Of a stretch of 64,000 nt of DNA, positions 17,976 to 28,041 are shown piece after piece. Under the pieces are notes generated by a model. The model was not told where the DNA came from. It ran no database searches and saw only the letters and a program-made list of their open reading frames with translations. Each line of letters begins with the position of its first letter. Within the stretch, counting starts at the first letter, position 1. Source of the DNA: a virus. The stretch lies in IMG/VR virus record IMGVR_UViG_3300014656_000002, positions 2,771 to 66,770 of that record, one strand, 5' to 3'. The position numbers and the translations under genes were made by a program.

Positions 17976-18587
17976 CTAGCTGTCCTTAGCCTCGCGCACA
18001 TGCTCTGTGTTACCGTTGTCACTGGCAGGTGTCGCGCTAACGCTGTCCCGAATGGCCCGCAGTTCGGCCACCAGTTCGCCAAAACGGGCCTCGATGGTGG
18101 TCGCCAGCACGCGCGCCCGTTCGGCGGCGTTATCTTCATGGGCGGCGAATTGGTCCATAAACTGCTGTACCGTGTCCTGCATGAGCGCGTTCAAAATGTC
18201 GAGACGGTCAATCGTCACCGTCTGACGAACCACGGCTTTATTCGCCTCGTCGTGCAGCTCGCTCAAGACTTCCTTGTGCCGCATCGCCAGCAGCGCAGTG
18301 GCGTCCGTGATCGCCTTGGCGGCATCTAGCGAGGCCTGCTGAGACTGCTCGATAGCCTGCCTTGAGAGCTTGACGTTAGCCGCGATGTCCTGATTGGTTT
18401 CACCCATGATCTTAATCAGACCATTCGCCAGATCGCTGCCGTTCTGTTTGCTATCCCGACGCCACACAATATAGACCAGCGCGATAGGCGTCACCGCCCA
18501 CACCAAGAGGATGATGAGCGCCAGAATCCCGGCGGGAGTCTGCGCCATCCCGGCAAATATGCGTTCTACAACGTTTAACACGTCCAC
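17976..18587 (-). CDS. membrane-anchored coiled-coil protein
   Basis: TM at about residues 19-41 then helical region. Confidence 0.6.
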   Translation of the reverse strand: MDVLNVVERIFAGMAQTPAGILALIILLVWAVTPIALVYIVWRRDSKQNGSDLANGLIKIMGETNQDIAANVKLSRQAIEQSQQASLDAAKAITDATALLAMRHKEVLSELHDEANKAVVRQTVTIDRLDILNALMQDTVQQFMDQFAAHEDNAAERARVLATTIEARFGELVAELRAIRDSVSATPASDNGNTEHVREAKDS

Positions 18588-18643
18588 TTATTTCCCCCTG
18601 TCACCTTCCCTGACTAAGTTTCCCGGACTGCAAGCCCCCTGCC

Positions 18644-19057
18644 CTAGAAACGCCAATGTCGAATCATGTACGCCATAACGGCCAACATCTTTTCGATGAT
18701 CGCCGTGTCACGTTTCAGGATGGCGATCTGCGCGGGCGTGCCCAGTGTTTCCCAGGCGAACAGCGCGGCTTGAAGCGCGGCGCGTTGGGTGGCAATCTCG
18801 CCTAGGAGATCGGCCACGTCGACCGCGCCCACTGCGTCTGCCTCCTGGTTGGGCGTCAACGCGGCGGGGTCGTGGCCTGCTACTATGGCTTCGGCTTCGG
18901 CCTGCTGAGCGGGTTCGGGTGCCCCATTCAGATATAAAGTCACCGAACCATCATCAAGAGACACGCTAGCTATCAGCCCCGGAAAAGCCGCGAACAGCTC
19001 TCCCAACAGCGCAGCCGCGTTATAAGCGTCCTTATGCAGCACAAGTGTCGTGGTCAT
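18644..19057 (-). CDS. tail-associated hypothetical protein
   Basis: follows the tail-tip genes; IVAGHDP motif. Confidence 0.55.
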   Translation of the reverse strand: MTTTLVLHKDAYNAAALLGELFAAFPGLIASVSLDDGSVTLYLNGAPEPAQQAEAEAIVAGHDPAALTPNQEADAVGAVDVADLLGEIATQRAALQAALFAWETLGTPAQIAILKRDTAIIEKMLAVMAYMIRHWRF

Positions 19058-19059
19058 GG

Positions 19060-19521
19060 TTAGACCTCGATTGCCGCAAAGTTGGCGATGCCCGTCACTT
19101 GGGCGGTGGCATTTGTACCGCGTGCGCGCCATTGCGTTGACAAAGTATGTGCGCCGGAGGCCAGCCCGGTCACAATTCGAGTAAAACCAGCGCCATCGAT
19201 ATTGCCCAGGACCTTTTGAATCAGGCCCGTTCCCTGTGACTGGCTGGCCCCGTCAACTGACAGATCAAATTGACACCCGGCGAACCCAGTTACATTACAA
19301 GAGAACATCACTAACAGCGGGCCGCCATGCCCAGTTACCACTGCGCTGGCCCCGGCTAGATTGACAAAGGAAGAGGTTGTGATGCTCACAAACGTGTTGC
19401 TGTCTGTCGTCTGGAAATTGGGATTGAGTAGGTAATCCGCGTTGTTGCGGATTCCGTCGATCCACGCCTCAGTTACCAGATCGCCCGTGGTCAGGTCGGG
19501 CAGTGCCGTATAGCTTGCCAT
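19060..19521 (-). CDS. minor tail / receptor-binding protein
   Basis: TGDLVTEAW..GIRNN N-terminal motif then beta-rich domain. Confidence 0.65.
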   Translation of the reverse strand: MASYTALPDLTTGDLVTEAWIDGIRNNADYLLNPNFQTTDSNTFVSITTSSFVNLAGASAVVTGHGGPLLVMFSCNVTGFAGCQFDLSVDGASQSQGTGLIQKVLGNIDGAGFTRIVTGLASGAHTLSTQWRARGTNATAQVTGIANFAAIEV

Positions 19522-19534
19522 GTTCTTCTCTCCG

Positions 19535-22027
19535 CTAGTACACTAAATAGGTTTGCTCGCCCAACTCGCCCCGTCCTGCCGTCTCTAAGCGCCAGCCTTT
19601 GATGGCATCCTCGGCCCTGAGTACCCAGGACACTGAATGCCTAGGCTGACTGATACCATTCACCAGGGGTGCGCCGATGAACGCGTGGCTTTCACCCACG
19701 ATGATGTAATAGGAATCGTGGGAGGTGTAGCTATCCGTAACCCGGATACGGTCCCCAATCGTCCGCGTCAACCCGTGGGTGATAAGGGCCGACACGTCGC
19801 TGGCGTCGATAGTGATCGCAGCCATGCGCGGGGCTGGCGTCGAGTACCGGGACACCTTGTGATGTGCGTAGCTGTTGGCCTCGCTCTCAGTCGGGATCAT
19901 GCGTATCGTCAGGGTCTTACGGCGGTAATCGTATAGATAGGCGCTGTCCGCGTCGCGGGCCATCACCGACTGGATGCCGCTGCTCACAATAGGCGTGCCG
20001 CGTAATTGCAGCGTGGTCAGGTAGCAATCCCCGATGCCAGGATTGCGCAGCGTGATCTCCGCCGCTCCGCCCGTAGGTTGGAAGTGGACATAAATCCCAC
20101 CGGTCACATTCTGGCCGGAGCCGTCCGAGATCGTGTTAGCTACGTAGTCCAGGCCCGCCTGCGCCGGTTGAATGTCTTGCCCACCCACCCGCGCATACTC
20201 ATTGTTAGGGTCGCTGTACTGGGCCTGGACAGTCTTTACCTCGCCATTCTTGAGCGCCAGCGGAAGATTAGGCTGAGTCCACAGAGTGCTGTTTGTCGCC
20301 CCGATTTCGCGCGGCTCAAACTGGACCGTGACCTCATTCAACAGGTCCTCTTGCACGCGGTAGTCTGCGGTCTGTACGTGTGCCTCGGTAAACGTGCCGC
20401 TATTGGCGCTCGTTAGATAATCATGGTGGCGATTGTGGAGCATCATCTTAGTAGTGCGCACGTCCCACCATAACCGGCCATCTTCCGCCGCTAGCAAGTC
20501 ACTCAGCAACATGGTCGGTGATACACCTGCCCCCTGGTCGGTGTTGTCCCCGATGAAGGGGAACAATGTCGCCCCGGTTTCAAGATTGATAAACGCTTCA
20601 TAATCCAGCAGGTAGGTGGTCTGTTCTAGTTCACTGGCCCCGGCCACGCCCAGCATCCAGTACACCGCCGGATAGGGATAGGCCACGCGGATACGCTCAA
20701 ACAACGTCGAGATCGCAGCATCGGCGGTGGCATTGGTTTGCAGCGGTGGCCGATAATCCGCATCTAGCAGGTCCAGCATCGGGTCTTCACACGTCAGCGT
20801 AAGCTCGCGACTGGTAAACGCGCCCGGTTTTGGCTGAAGCCGGGACACCTTGAGTTTGCACAACTGGTACAACTGATTGTCGGCTGGGTCCGCCGCCAGG
20901 ATACGCACCAGCGTTCCGCGTACTAGCTTGCCGTAATAGGCTGCTCCACTATTATCCTGGCCGAAATCACCGCTTGAGTTATTCAGTTGCATCGTCAGGC
21001 GGGCGGGCGGCGCAAGGTTCTGATCGCTTTCCGCCATGCCATTGTTCCACGAGCCGCCTAGCACGTAATCGGTGATGTCATCAATTGCGTTATCAAACGT
21101 GTCGTCGCGGTCGCTATCGATCTGGATTGCCCAGCCCGCAATATCCAACGCATCCGCCAACAACGTGTAACTTACCGTGGGCTGTGACGGGTCGTTGGTG
21201 TCCATCGTAAGCGTAGCACTCAGGTGCCCGGTTGCGGTGGGCGCGCAGCGGATCGTGATGTCCTGGCTTGCACCTCCATCGGCAATCGTAAACGGAAACG
21301 AGGGCGACTCTACGCTGAACTTGGCAGCGTCCGCGCCGCTCAAGGCCGGGTTAGACACTGCAAGCTGCGTGGTTCCTGTCTCGCTCACCGTGATAGTCTT
21401 GTCGAGGGTCGTGTTGATATTGATCGGGCCGAAGTCCAGCTTCTTGCCCACGCGCGGCTGGCTGACATACCCCGGATCATAGGCATATGAGGCCGTGATA
21501 TAGGCAGGCTGTGTTCCCGGCCCGAAGTCGTAGGAGGTGAACGTGACCGCCTTCACGCTGGCCGTCACCGTCGCGATGAACAGTAGCACAATATAGTTAC
21601 CGGACACCCAGCCGGGCCGGTTCACAATCTCTTGGACTACGGCGCTTAGATCAGGTGACGCCTTGTAGCCTATTGGGGCGCTAAACGTATCGTCCCAAGG
21701 AATGCTGGCAGTCGTGCGCGGACGATTCGCGGTCGAGATAATGTGGGCGTTGGTGCTAAAGTCGCCCGCATTGTCCGCCGCGTGGGCATAGATCGTCAGG
21801 TCGGGACCGGTGTCCGCGTCCCAGTAAAGATATGCGTTGGCTGCACTAACCTCTGCCCTGTAGGGGATGTTGAGTTGCACCCGGATGCCAAAACAATAGT
21901 ACGCGGCATCCGTGGCGCTGGCGTTGGTCAACGCCACCAGGGAGTTATCCGCCGCCGAAAAGGTCCCATCGCCCTGTTCTGTGGCATCATCCGCCGAAGC
22001 TAGCACATAAGAAGTGATGTCTGTCAT
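19535..22027 (-). CDS. tail tip/hub protein with N-terminal carbohydrate-binding-like and Ig-like domains
   Basis: follows tape measure; SPDLSAVVQEIVNRPGWVSGN; Ig-like LDFG...TNDP; C-terminal IGDRIRVTD. Confidence 0.7.
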   Translation of the reverse strand: MTDITSYVLASADDATEQGDGTFSAADNSLVALTNASATDAAYYCFGIRVQLNIPYRAEVSAANAYLYWDADTGPDLTIYAHAADNAGDFSTNAHIISTANRPRTTASIPWDDTFSAPIGYKASPDLSAVVQEIVNRPGWVSGNYIVLLFIATVTASVKAVTFTSYDFGPGTQPAYITASYAYDPGYVSQPRVGKKLDFGPININTTLDKTITVSETGTTQLAVSNPALSGADAAKFSVESPSFPFTIADGGASQDITIRCAPTATGHLSATLTMDTNDPSQPTVSYTLLADALDIAGWAIQIDSDRDDTFDNAIDDITDYVLGGSWNNGMAESDQNLAPPARLTMQLNNSSGDFGQDNSGAAYYGKLVRGTLVRILAADPADNQLYQLCKLKVSRLQPKPGAFTSRELTLTCEDPMLDLLDADYRPPLQTNATADAAISTLFERIRVAYPYPAVYWMLGVAGASELEQTTYLLDYEAFINLETGATLFPFIGDNTDQGAGVSPTMLLSDLLAAEDGRLWWDVRTTKMMLHNRHHDYLTSANSGTFTEAHVQTADYRVQEDLLNEVTVQFEPREIGATNSTLWTQPNLPLALKNGEVKTVQAQYSDPNNEYARVGGQDIQPAQAGLDYVANTISDGSGQNVTGGIYVHFQPTGGAAEITLRNPGIGDCYLTTLQLRGTPIVSSGIQSVMARDADSAYLYDYRRKTLTIRMIPTESEANSYAHHKVSRYSTPAPRMAAITIDASDVSALITHGLTRTIGDRIRVTDSYTSHDSYYIIVGESHAFIGAPLVNGISQPRHSVSWVLRAEDAIKGWRLETAGRGELGEQTYLVY

Positions 22028-24690
22028 AGTCCGTGTGGCCCTACCACGCGCGGATCAACTCCCGGCGGCGTACCGTAGTTATCGCGCGTCGTGGCCGCCA
22101 TCGTCGCCTTAGCCGCGCCGCCCGCGTCGGCAGTTACACCCACGCTGGCCTCAAGATCGCCGTTTAACAACGCCTTGAGCATTTCGATATCACCTGTCAG
22201 GTTGACCGACACTTCGACCTGTTGCACGTTGCTGGTCAGGATGGCGAGGTTGTCAGTCACCTCTTGAACGTCGGAATTAATGAGGGCCTGGGCGGCGCGC
22301 CACGACTCGGCATAGCCCAGCGTGGTAGAGATCGCCGCCGAGGTGGTTTCTGCGTCCGTCGCGATGCTGTTGTAATCATCGCTGATCTCCCCGGTGCTGG
22401 TCGCCATCTGGCTATAGTCCGCATAGCCGCCCATCCCGCCCGCCTGCTCAGACGAAGGAATGCCGATTCCCCGCTGAGTTCTCATATACTGATCCATTGC
22501 CACGCGCTGATCATATTGGGATTGGCTGGCTATGCCTGCCGCTTCTGTCGGCCCGTATGGCATAGCATAACCTGGAAGGTAGGCTCCTTGAGGCGCGGGT
22601 GTAAAATTCTGTGCCCCGCCGACCAGCCCAGCTTGCCCACCAGAAAAGTTGTAACCGAGCGCCCCATTTGCGCCATAGGTTCCCGGCTGTAATAAACGTG
22701 GGTTGGTGATGCCAGCCGCCGCCATGATTTGATCTTGGGTCATGCCTAATTGCGCGGCCAGCCCAGAAACCGTGTCGCCAGGGCGCACGTTAAACTGACG
22801 CCCGCCGCTTCCCGTTCCGGTGCCTAATTCCAACCCCGCCCCGGTAAGCGCGGCCATCATCCCGGCCGTCGTGGGTGTCTCGCCACCCAGGGCGCTGGAT
22901 TGCAGGTAGTTGGTCACGGCCTCGGTGAGTGCCGCGCCAACTTCCGGCCCAAGCTCGGTCGCCGCTCGCGCCAACAGGGGCGCGATCTGCTCGCTGAAAC
23001 CGAGGCTTGCCTGGGTTTCCTGCCCGCTAGCGAGCGCGCCGGTACGCTGGAACGCGGCGATCTGTTCGGGCGTGGCCCCAGCCGCTTGCATTTGATTGAT
23101 CACGGCCTGATTAATCTCACCCTGCATGCCACCACCACCCTGACCGAATGCCTCCGGCAAGGTCATGTTAGCGAAAGCGTCCGCGCCAGCCTGAGCGGCG
23201 GCGGCCAGAGATTCCACCTGATCTTTGGCGTCGCGGATGCGCCCAAGCTCGCCTTCACTCACCAGTTCGTTCTGTCCGGCTAGCTCGAACAGGCGACCCA
23301 TCTCATCCGCCATCGCGCGGAGTTGGTCAGCCTGGGATTGGGTGTTATATGCCCCAAGAGAAGACGAGAGTGCCTGCGCGTTGGCTAGCCCACCCATAGC
23401 GTCTGAGGTGTAACGGGGGCGCATGCTGCCCGTGATACGCGCTCGTGACTCTTCGGCCGCCTGAATCTGGCGGCTGAGCGTATCTGCCCGCTGCTGGTCA
23501 CTGGAAAACTGACGTTCGCTGGCAATAAACGCTGCCTCATAACCCGCCTGTTGAGTCTTGGCGATCTCTTGCTCGACCTGGAGGCGGCGATCCGTTGCCT
23601 CACCGATGTTGCTACTGATTTCCTCAATCAACGCGAGCTGGTCAGCCGTGGCGCGTGTGCCGCCGTTCATGCGGGCGGCGGCGTCGGCGGCGTCCTCCAG
23701 GTTCGTGAACCGGCCCGATTGCAAGTTGTTCAGGGCGTCCACAAAGAACTGGACTTCTGAGATGTTGAAGACTTCTCCCGGACGGGATGCCATCATTGCA
23801 TCCCAAACATCAGACAGCCGCGTATACGCATCTTCGGCTTGCTGGACGGCCTCGTCGGCGGCGTCCTCCTGCGATTTGTTGGCCAGGTCTATGATAGAGG
23901 TTACAAAGTAAGCAAAGCCCTCGACCCCGGCTGCTACATTGCTGGAGGCCTTCTGGTAGGTATTCTCTATTATGGTTCCTAGGCGCTCGGTGGCCGTGCC
24001 CGCAACCACGGCGCTGTCGCCCAGCCGCCCAATCGCCAGCCGCGATTCCTCGATGGTGGCCTGCACAAATGCCTGCTCGCGTGACAGACCCTCGGTTGCC
24101 GCCATGAGGGCGGTGATGCGGTCCTTGACGCGGGCGGAACTTAGACCAAAGTTGTCGAGTAATCTGATCGACTGATTCCGGAGAAGTTGCGAGAATTTTT
24201 CAACCGCCCCACCCGCATCCTCGCCCATCGCGCGACCCAGCGTCACGGCAATCCCGGTCAGGTCCGCCGCCTGCTCGTTGGTGGACGCCAACCCCTGCAA
24301 TAGCAGCGCGTTGGCCGACTTCATCAGGTCAAGGTCAGCCACCGTGCCATGCGTGGCCGTGCGTAGTTGCTCTAACGTACTGGCGGCTTCCCCCACCCCG
24401 CCCGTCAATTGATCGAACACGGAGCGAGCGCTGTTGACCTTTGCGCCAAGCTGTTGCATCTCGCTGCCAAGCTGGATTACCTTAGTCAGCCCGATGCCCA
24501 TGATGCCCGCGCCGAACAGGGTATTGAACGAGCTGTTAAGCTGGTCAATACCCCCCTTCAGCCCGCCGGAGTCCTGGCCGAGCTTCTTGGTGGCAGTGCC
24601 AGCTTGACCCATGGCCTGCTGGTACTTGCCTATTACCGAACTGAAATTATCTCGCGCGGTAATAGTAACGGTAACAGCCCTGTCAGCCAT
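22024..24690 (-). CDS. tape measure protein with LysM domain
   Basis: VTITARDNFS start, A/Q-rich helices; LysM FNVRPGDTVSGLAAQLGMT...ITNPRLLQPG. Confidence 0.85.
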   Translation of the reverse strand: MADRAVTVTITARDNFSSVIGKYQQAMGQAGTATKKLGQDSGGLKGGIDQLNSSFNTLFGAGIMGIGLTKVIQLGSEMQQLGAKVNSARSVFDQLTGGVGEAASTLEQLRTATHGTVADLDLMKSANALLLQGLASTNEQAADLTGIAVTLGRAMGEDAGGAVEKFSQLLRNQSIRLLDNFGLSSARVKDRITALMAATEGLSREQAFVQATIEESRLAIGRLGDSAVVAGTATERLGTIIENTYQKASSNVAAGVEGFAYFVTSIIDLANKSQEDAADEAVQQAEDAYTRLSDVWDAMMASRPGEVFNISEVQFFVDALNNLQSGRFTNLEDAADAAARMNGGTRATADQLALIEEISSNIGEATDRRLQVEQEIAKTQQAGYEAAFIASERQFSSDQQRADTLSRQIQAAEESRARITGSMRPRYTSDAMGGLANAQALSSSLGAYNTQSQADQLRAMADEMGRLFELAGQNELVSEGELGRIRDAKDQVESLAAAAQAGADAFANMTLPEAFGQGGGGMQGEINQAVINQMQAAGATPEQIAAFQRTGALASGQETQASLGFSEQIAPLLARAATELGPEVGAALTEAVTNYLQSSALGGETPTTAGMMAALTGAGLELGTGTGSGGRQFNVRPGDTVSGLAAQLGMTQDQIMAAAGITNPRLLQPGTYGANGALGYNFSGGQAGLVGGAQNFTPAPQGAYLPGYAMPYGPTEAAGIASQSQYDQRVAMDQYMRTQRGIGIPSSEQAGGMGGYADYSQMATSTGEISDDYNSIATDAETTSAAISTTLGYAESWRAAQALINSDVQEVTDNLAILTSNVQQVEVSVNLTGDIEMLKALLNGDLEASVGVTADAGGAAKATMAATTRDNYGTPPGVDPRVVGPHGL

Positions 24691-24693
24691 CAG

Positions 24694-25773
24694 CTATCCT
24701 TGCTGCGCAAACTTCCGCTGTTCTCTGACCCATGTGAAATACCGCTCAACCCTATCCATTATTACCTTTGCCTTGCGTGTACCAAACGTGTCTTGGAGCC
24801 ATTCATTCGGCATCCTATTAGATTTTGAGTTATTACACCCCCCGTCCCCATCGCGGGATGCATGACACATTGGAATTACATTCTCGGCAACTGTTCCCGG
24901 ATTATTTTCCAAATCACACGATATCGGTATCCAATGATCTTGGGCAATGGAATGCCAAAGTCCATTGGGCTTCCCACAAATGGCACAGCGCCCTCCCCAA
25001 TACCCAAGGGCGGCTCGCCATTCTTCTGAGGTTAAGGTATTGGGTAATTCACGCTTCCTAGCCCGCCTACGAGCAGCTGATACTACTGCAACCTCTGGGT
25101 GTTCAATATAGTATTTTCTGTTGCTTGCCCGCCTTTTCTGTCTAAAATCTGGGTCTTGAATAAGTTCGACCCAAATCTTTTTGTGTTTGGGTTTCGTACA
25201 CTGCTTACATTCCGGATACAATCCGTCTTTGCGGTTACGCGCTCTGTTAAAATGCTCCGCTGTAGCTGGAAACCACTGTTCGCAGCAACTACATTGTTTC
25301 TTTCCGTCCTTACGTCGCTGAACCTGCGGCTTGCCCCCGTTGGCGTAGTAATACTCGCGCCCCTTTTGTTTATTGCACTCAATACAGGTTCCGGTTAAAC
25401 CGCTTCCATCACGCTTCTCATAGAAGAATTCCGTATTCGCCGGTAGATACTCATGACAAGTAGCACAGCGACGCTTGTCATCCTTGTCTTTCGGCTCTCT
25501 AAGTTCTTTGCCTAGGCGCTTCCTGCTCTCGACGTAGTGCTCACGCAATTTGTCCCGGTTAGCTTCGCGCCACTCACTTTCCTTGCGGCGGGCGTGTTCA
25601 GGATCGCGTTCGCGCCAAGCCTTGACATGTGCCTTGACACATTCCTTGCAATGATATGCCAAGCCGTCCTTGGTCTTTTTATCGTTATAGAAAAACTCAT
25701 GCGTCGCAGGCTTGCGCTGGCCGCACTTGGTGCACGTCTTGTATTCTGGCTGGGGCGTGGTATCATTACTCAT
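24694..25773 (-). CDS. HNH endonuclease with three N-terminal CxxC..CxxC repeats
   Basis: CTKC/CKEC, CATC/CIEC, CSCC/CKQC; CAICG...DHWIPI...CH...CNNSK. Confidence 0.85.
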   Translation of the reverse strand: MSNDTTPQPEYKTCTKCGQRKPATHEFFYNDKKTKDGLAYHCKECVKAHVKAWRERDPEHARRKESEWREANRDKLREHYVESRKRLGKELREPKDKDDKRRCATCHEYLPANTEFFYEKRDGSGLTGTCIECNKQKGREYYYANGGKPQVQRRKDGKKQCSCCEQWFPATAEHFNRARNRKDGLYPECKQCTKPKHKKIWVELIQDPDFRQKRRASNRKYYIEHPEVAVVSAARRRARKRELPNTLTSEEWRAALGYWGGRCAICGKPNGLWHSIAQDHWIPISCDLENNPGTVAENVIPMCHASRDGDGGCNNSKSNRMPNEWLQDTFGTRKAKVIMDRVERYFTWVREQRKFAQQG

Positions 25774-25887
25774 GAGTGGCCTCTCCTGTAGGCTGCTCCA
25801 CGCACCGGGGCGCGACAACGCCGCCGGTGCATGGTCTTGTGGGGTACTAACTAACCCCATGATTATACCACATTTCGCACACCTGTG

Positions 25888-26146
25888 CTAGTCACCCTTG
25901 CCAGTTCTTAGGTAGAGTTCTTTTTGAATGGTCGCCATAACCTCTGGCGTCCAAACCCAGGCCTTGCCCTTGTCATTCCGATTTCCTAAGATGGTGTCTC
26001 TCAGGCTTTCGATGCGCGCCCGTTCCCACTGCACCTTGGCTATCCGTAACTCTTGCTCCCAGGCGGGTAGCGCGCCAAACTGTGTCAGAGTCAGCCCGCC
26101 ACGCTCACTTGCGCCGAGAACGTCTATTGCCGTCTGGCTGAAAGTT
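25888..26146 (-). CDS. tail assembly chaperone extension (gpGT-like), reached by frameshift
   Basis: open +1 frame 26193-25888 lacking an early start codon; overlaps the TAC end at AAC TTT CAG. Confidence 0.55.
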
Positions 26147-26605
26147 TTCGGCGTGGCTTGCCACGCGCGCCTTTCCTTCGGCGTGCATGTCGCTCAGCAC
26201 GGCCCGCAGCGTCTTGGTGATGCGCGATCCGAGCTTGTGCAGCGAGGCCATTTGTTCCTCGCGCGTTTCACCAGGAATCTCGATCTGGATGCTCTTGAGT
26301 ATGCGAGAGTACGTGCGGTTGGCCTCGCACTCTGCCGACGCCTTGATGTACCCGTGATCTGCTGTGTTAAACAACGGCAAGCCGCTGTTAGGGTTGATTC
26401 CCATCGCAGGCGGGGTCGGCCAGGGATATTCAAACTCAGCCTCGATCCACTCCGCGTAAGAGAGTTCTTTCATCGGTAGCACAATCGGCGTACCGCCCTC
26501 GCGCTCGATCTCGAAGTTGACCACCAACCGCTCTTCCAGGTCGGCCCACGTCGCCAGCACCGGCCCGGCAGCTTTCTCCTCGGCGTTCTCGTTTTCCTTG
26601 TTCAT
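26105..26605 (-). CDS. tail assembly chaperone
   Basis: lies between tail tube and tape measure genes; GGGGAGAG RBS. Confidence 0.7.
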   Translation of the reverse strand: MNKENENAEEKAAGPVLATWADLEERLVVNFEIEREGGTPIVLPMKELSYAEWIEAEFEYPWPTPPAMGINPNSGLPLFNTADHGYIKASAECEANRTYSRILKSIQIEIPGETREEQMASLHKLGSRITKTLRAVLSDMHAEGKARVASHAENFQPDGNRRSRRK

Positions 26606-26625
26606 GCATGCTCTCTCCCCGAAAG

Positions 26626-27030
26626 CTAGTAAGCGCTCCACGCGTTGGCGTGGTACGTCAAGCCAAACCCCATCAACCCTCCCTCTTGACCGGGCATGTT
26701 GAGGCTGTCAATCCGACCGGAGTAGAAGATCACCCCGGCGCTTCCGTTCACTCCGACATGATGAATCTGGATATGCACCGCCGTTGCACTGGCGGCGATT
26801 TGCTCTAGCGTGCGATCATGGGTCAGTCCCATCTCAGTGGACAGTGTGGCATACAGGCCCGTCAAATGATCGGTATACGTGCCGCCAATAGACGGTCCTA
26901 CATTCTGCCAGCCATACACCCGCTGCCCGCGCACGTTCTGCACATAGGCGGCGGTGTAGGGGTTGGCGGAGCCTGTCCATACCAATAGGACGCCTTCTCG
27001 AAAGCTATAAACCTCTGCGGACTGACCCAT
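26626..27030 (-). CDS. tail-tube-like protein 2
   Basis: beta-rich, similar layout to the upstream gene. Confidence 0.5.
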   Translation of the reverse strand: MGQSAEVYSFREGVLLVWTGSANPYTAAYVQNVRGQRVYGWQNVGPSIGGTYTDHLTGLYATLSTEMGLTHDRTLEQIAASATAVHIQIHHVGVNGSAGVIFYSGRIDSLNMPGQEGGLMGFGLTYHANAWSAY

Positions 27031-27048
27031 GCCAACCCCCCTGCCCTT

Positions 27049-27507
27049 TTAAGAGATGTACCCGCTGCCGGTCGGCCCCTGCATGTTCAGCGCGTCCCAC
27101 GTCAACTGCACCTGTGAGGGCGCACCCTCGGTGAATTGCACGTTGTCGAACGAGACGCCCATGAACTGCATATAGATGCCCGTATTGCCGTTCTCCGGCG
27201 CTTTGGCCTTGTATTCCATATGGTACATGGGTAGACTCGCCCCGCTGCCGGATACCGCGCTGGGCAAGATGCCCGTCCAGTAAAAGGTCGCGTTGCCGTT
27301 GATCGGGCCTTCGCTGATCAACTTCTTGTGATTGGGCACGCCACGCTCTGACACCTGCATCGTGGTCTGAGCGCTGGTGTACGTAAAAGACTGGACGAAC
27401 CCTAGCAGCCCGCTCGCTGGCGCGCTGGCCGTGGCCCACGTCCGGCCCGACCCACTGGCTCGCACCCACCACAGCGAACCCTCGACATTCGTTCTTGTTT
27501 CAGCCAT
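27049..27507 (-). CDS. major tail tube protein
   Basis: position after terminator-like gene; beta-strand pattern GFVQSFTY... Confidence 0.6.
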   Translation of the reverse strand: MAETRTNVEGSLWWVRASGSGRTWATASAPASGLLGFVQSFTYTSAQTTMQVSERGVPNHKKLISEGPINGNATFYWTGILPSAVSGSGASLPMYHMEYKAKAPENGNTGIYMQFMGVSFDNVQFTEGAPSQVQLTWDALNMQGPTGSGYIS

Positions 27508-27522
27508 CGTCTATTTCCTCCG

Positions 27523-28041
27523 CTAACTCCGATAAACCCACTCGTATGTCACCAACATTCGCCGCCGTTCGATGTCCGGGTTGGGATCGGGCGCGGTTGC
27601 GACTGCGCGTGTATCCCGCAAGCGGACCAGATAGGAGGTGGTCGAGGGCGACGATTGGTTGGCGGCGTAGTCACTGATTGCCACCTCGGTCGTGTTCGCC
27701 AGGACCGTCATCACCATGTCTTCCATCGTTCGCAGTTGCGCCAACCAATTCTTGTTGGCGCGTGTTACCCATGCGTCCACCTCCATAATTCCCCGGTTCC
27801 ACAGCCCCTTGCCCCCCGCGCTAGAGACGATGCGCCCTTGCCAGTCCCCCCGCGAGTCGACCGGAATATGAAAGATGCTGAAGGCGGGTAGGCTGGGGGC
27901 CTTTTCCGGCGTATCGGTGATGATGCCCGGCAGCGCGGGAAACCACGCCGGGCGCGTAACCGCCGTCAACTGCGTGCGCAGCCACGCGTTCAGGCTGGTC
28001 TCAACGTTATAGGTGCTGGTCTGGGCTATCGTCGTTGGCAT
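27523..28041 (-). CDS. tail terminator/completion protein
   Basis: position; LPAFSI...MEVDAW pattern. Confidence 0.6.
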   Translation of the reverse strand: MPTTIAQTSTYNVETSLNAWLRTQLTAVTRPAWFPALPGIITDTPEKAPSLPAFSIFHIPVDSRGDWQGRIVSSAGGKGLWNRGIMEVDAWVTRANKNWLAQLRTMEDMVMTVLANTTEVAISDYAANQSSPSTTSYLVRLRDTRAVATAPDPNPDIERRRMLVTYEWVYRS

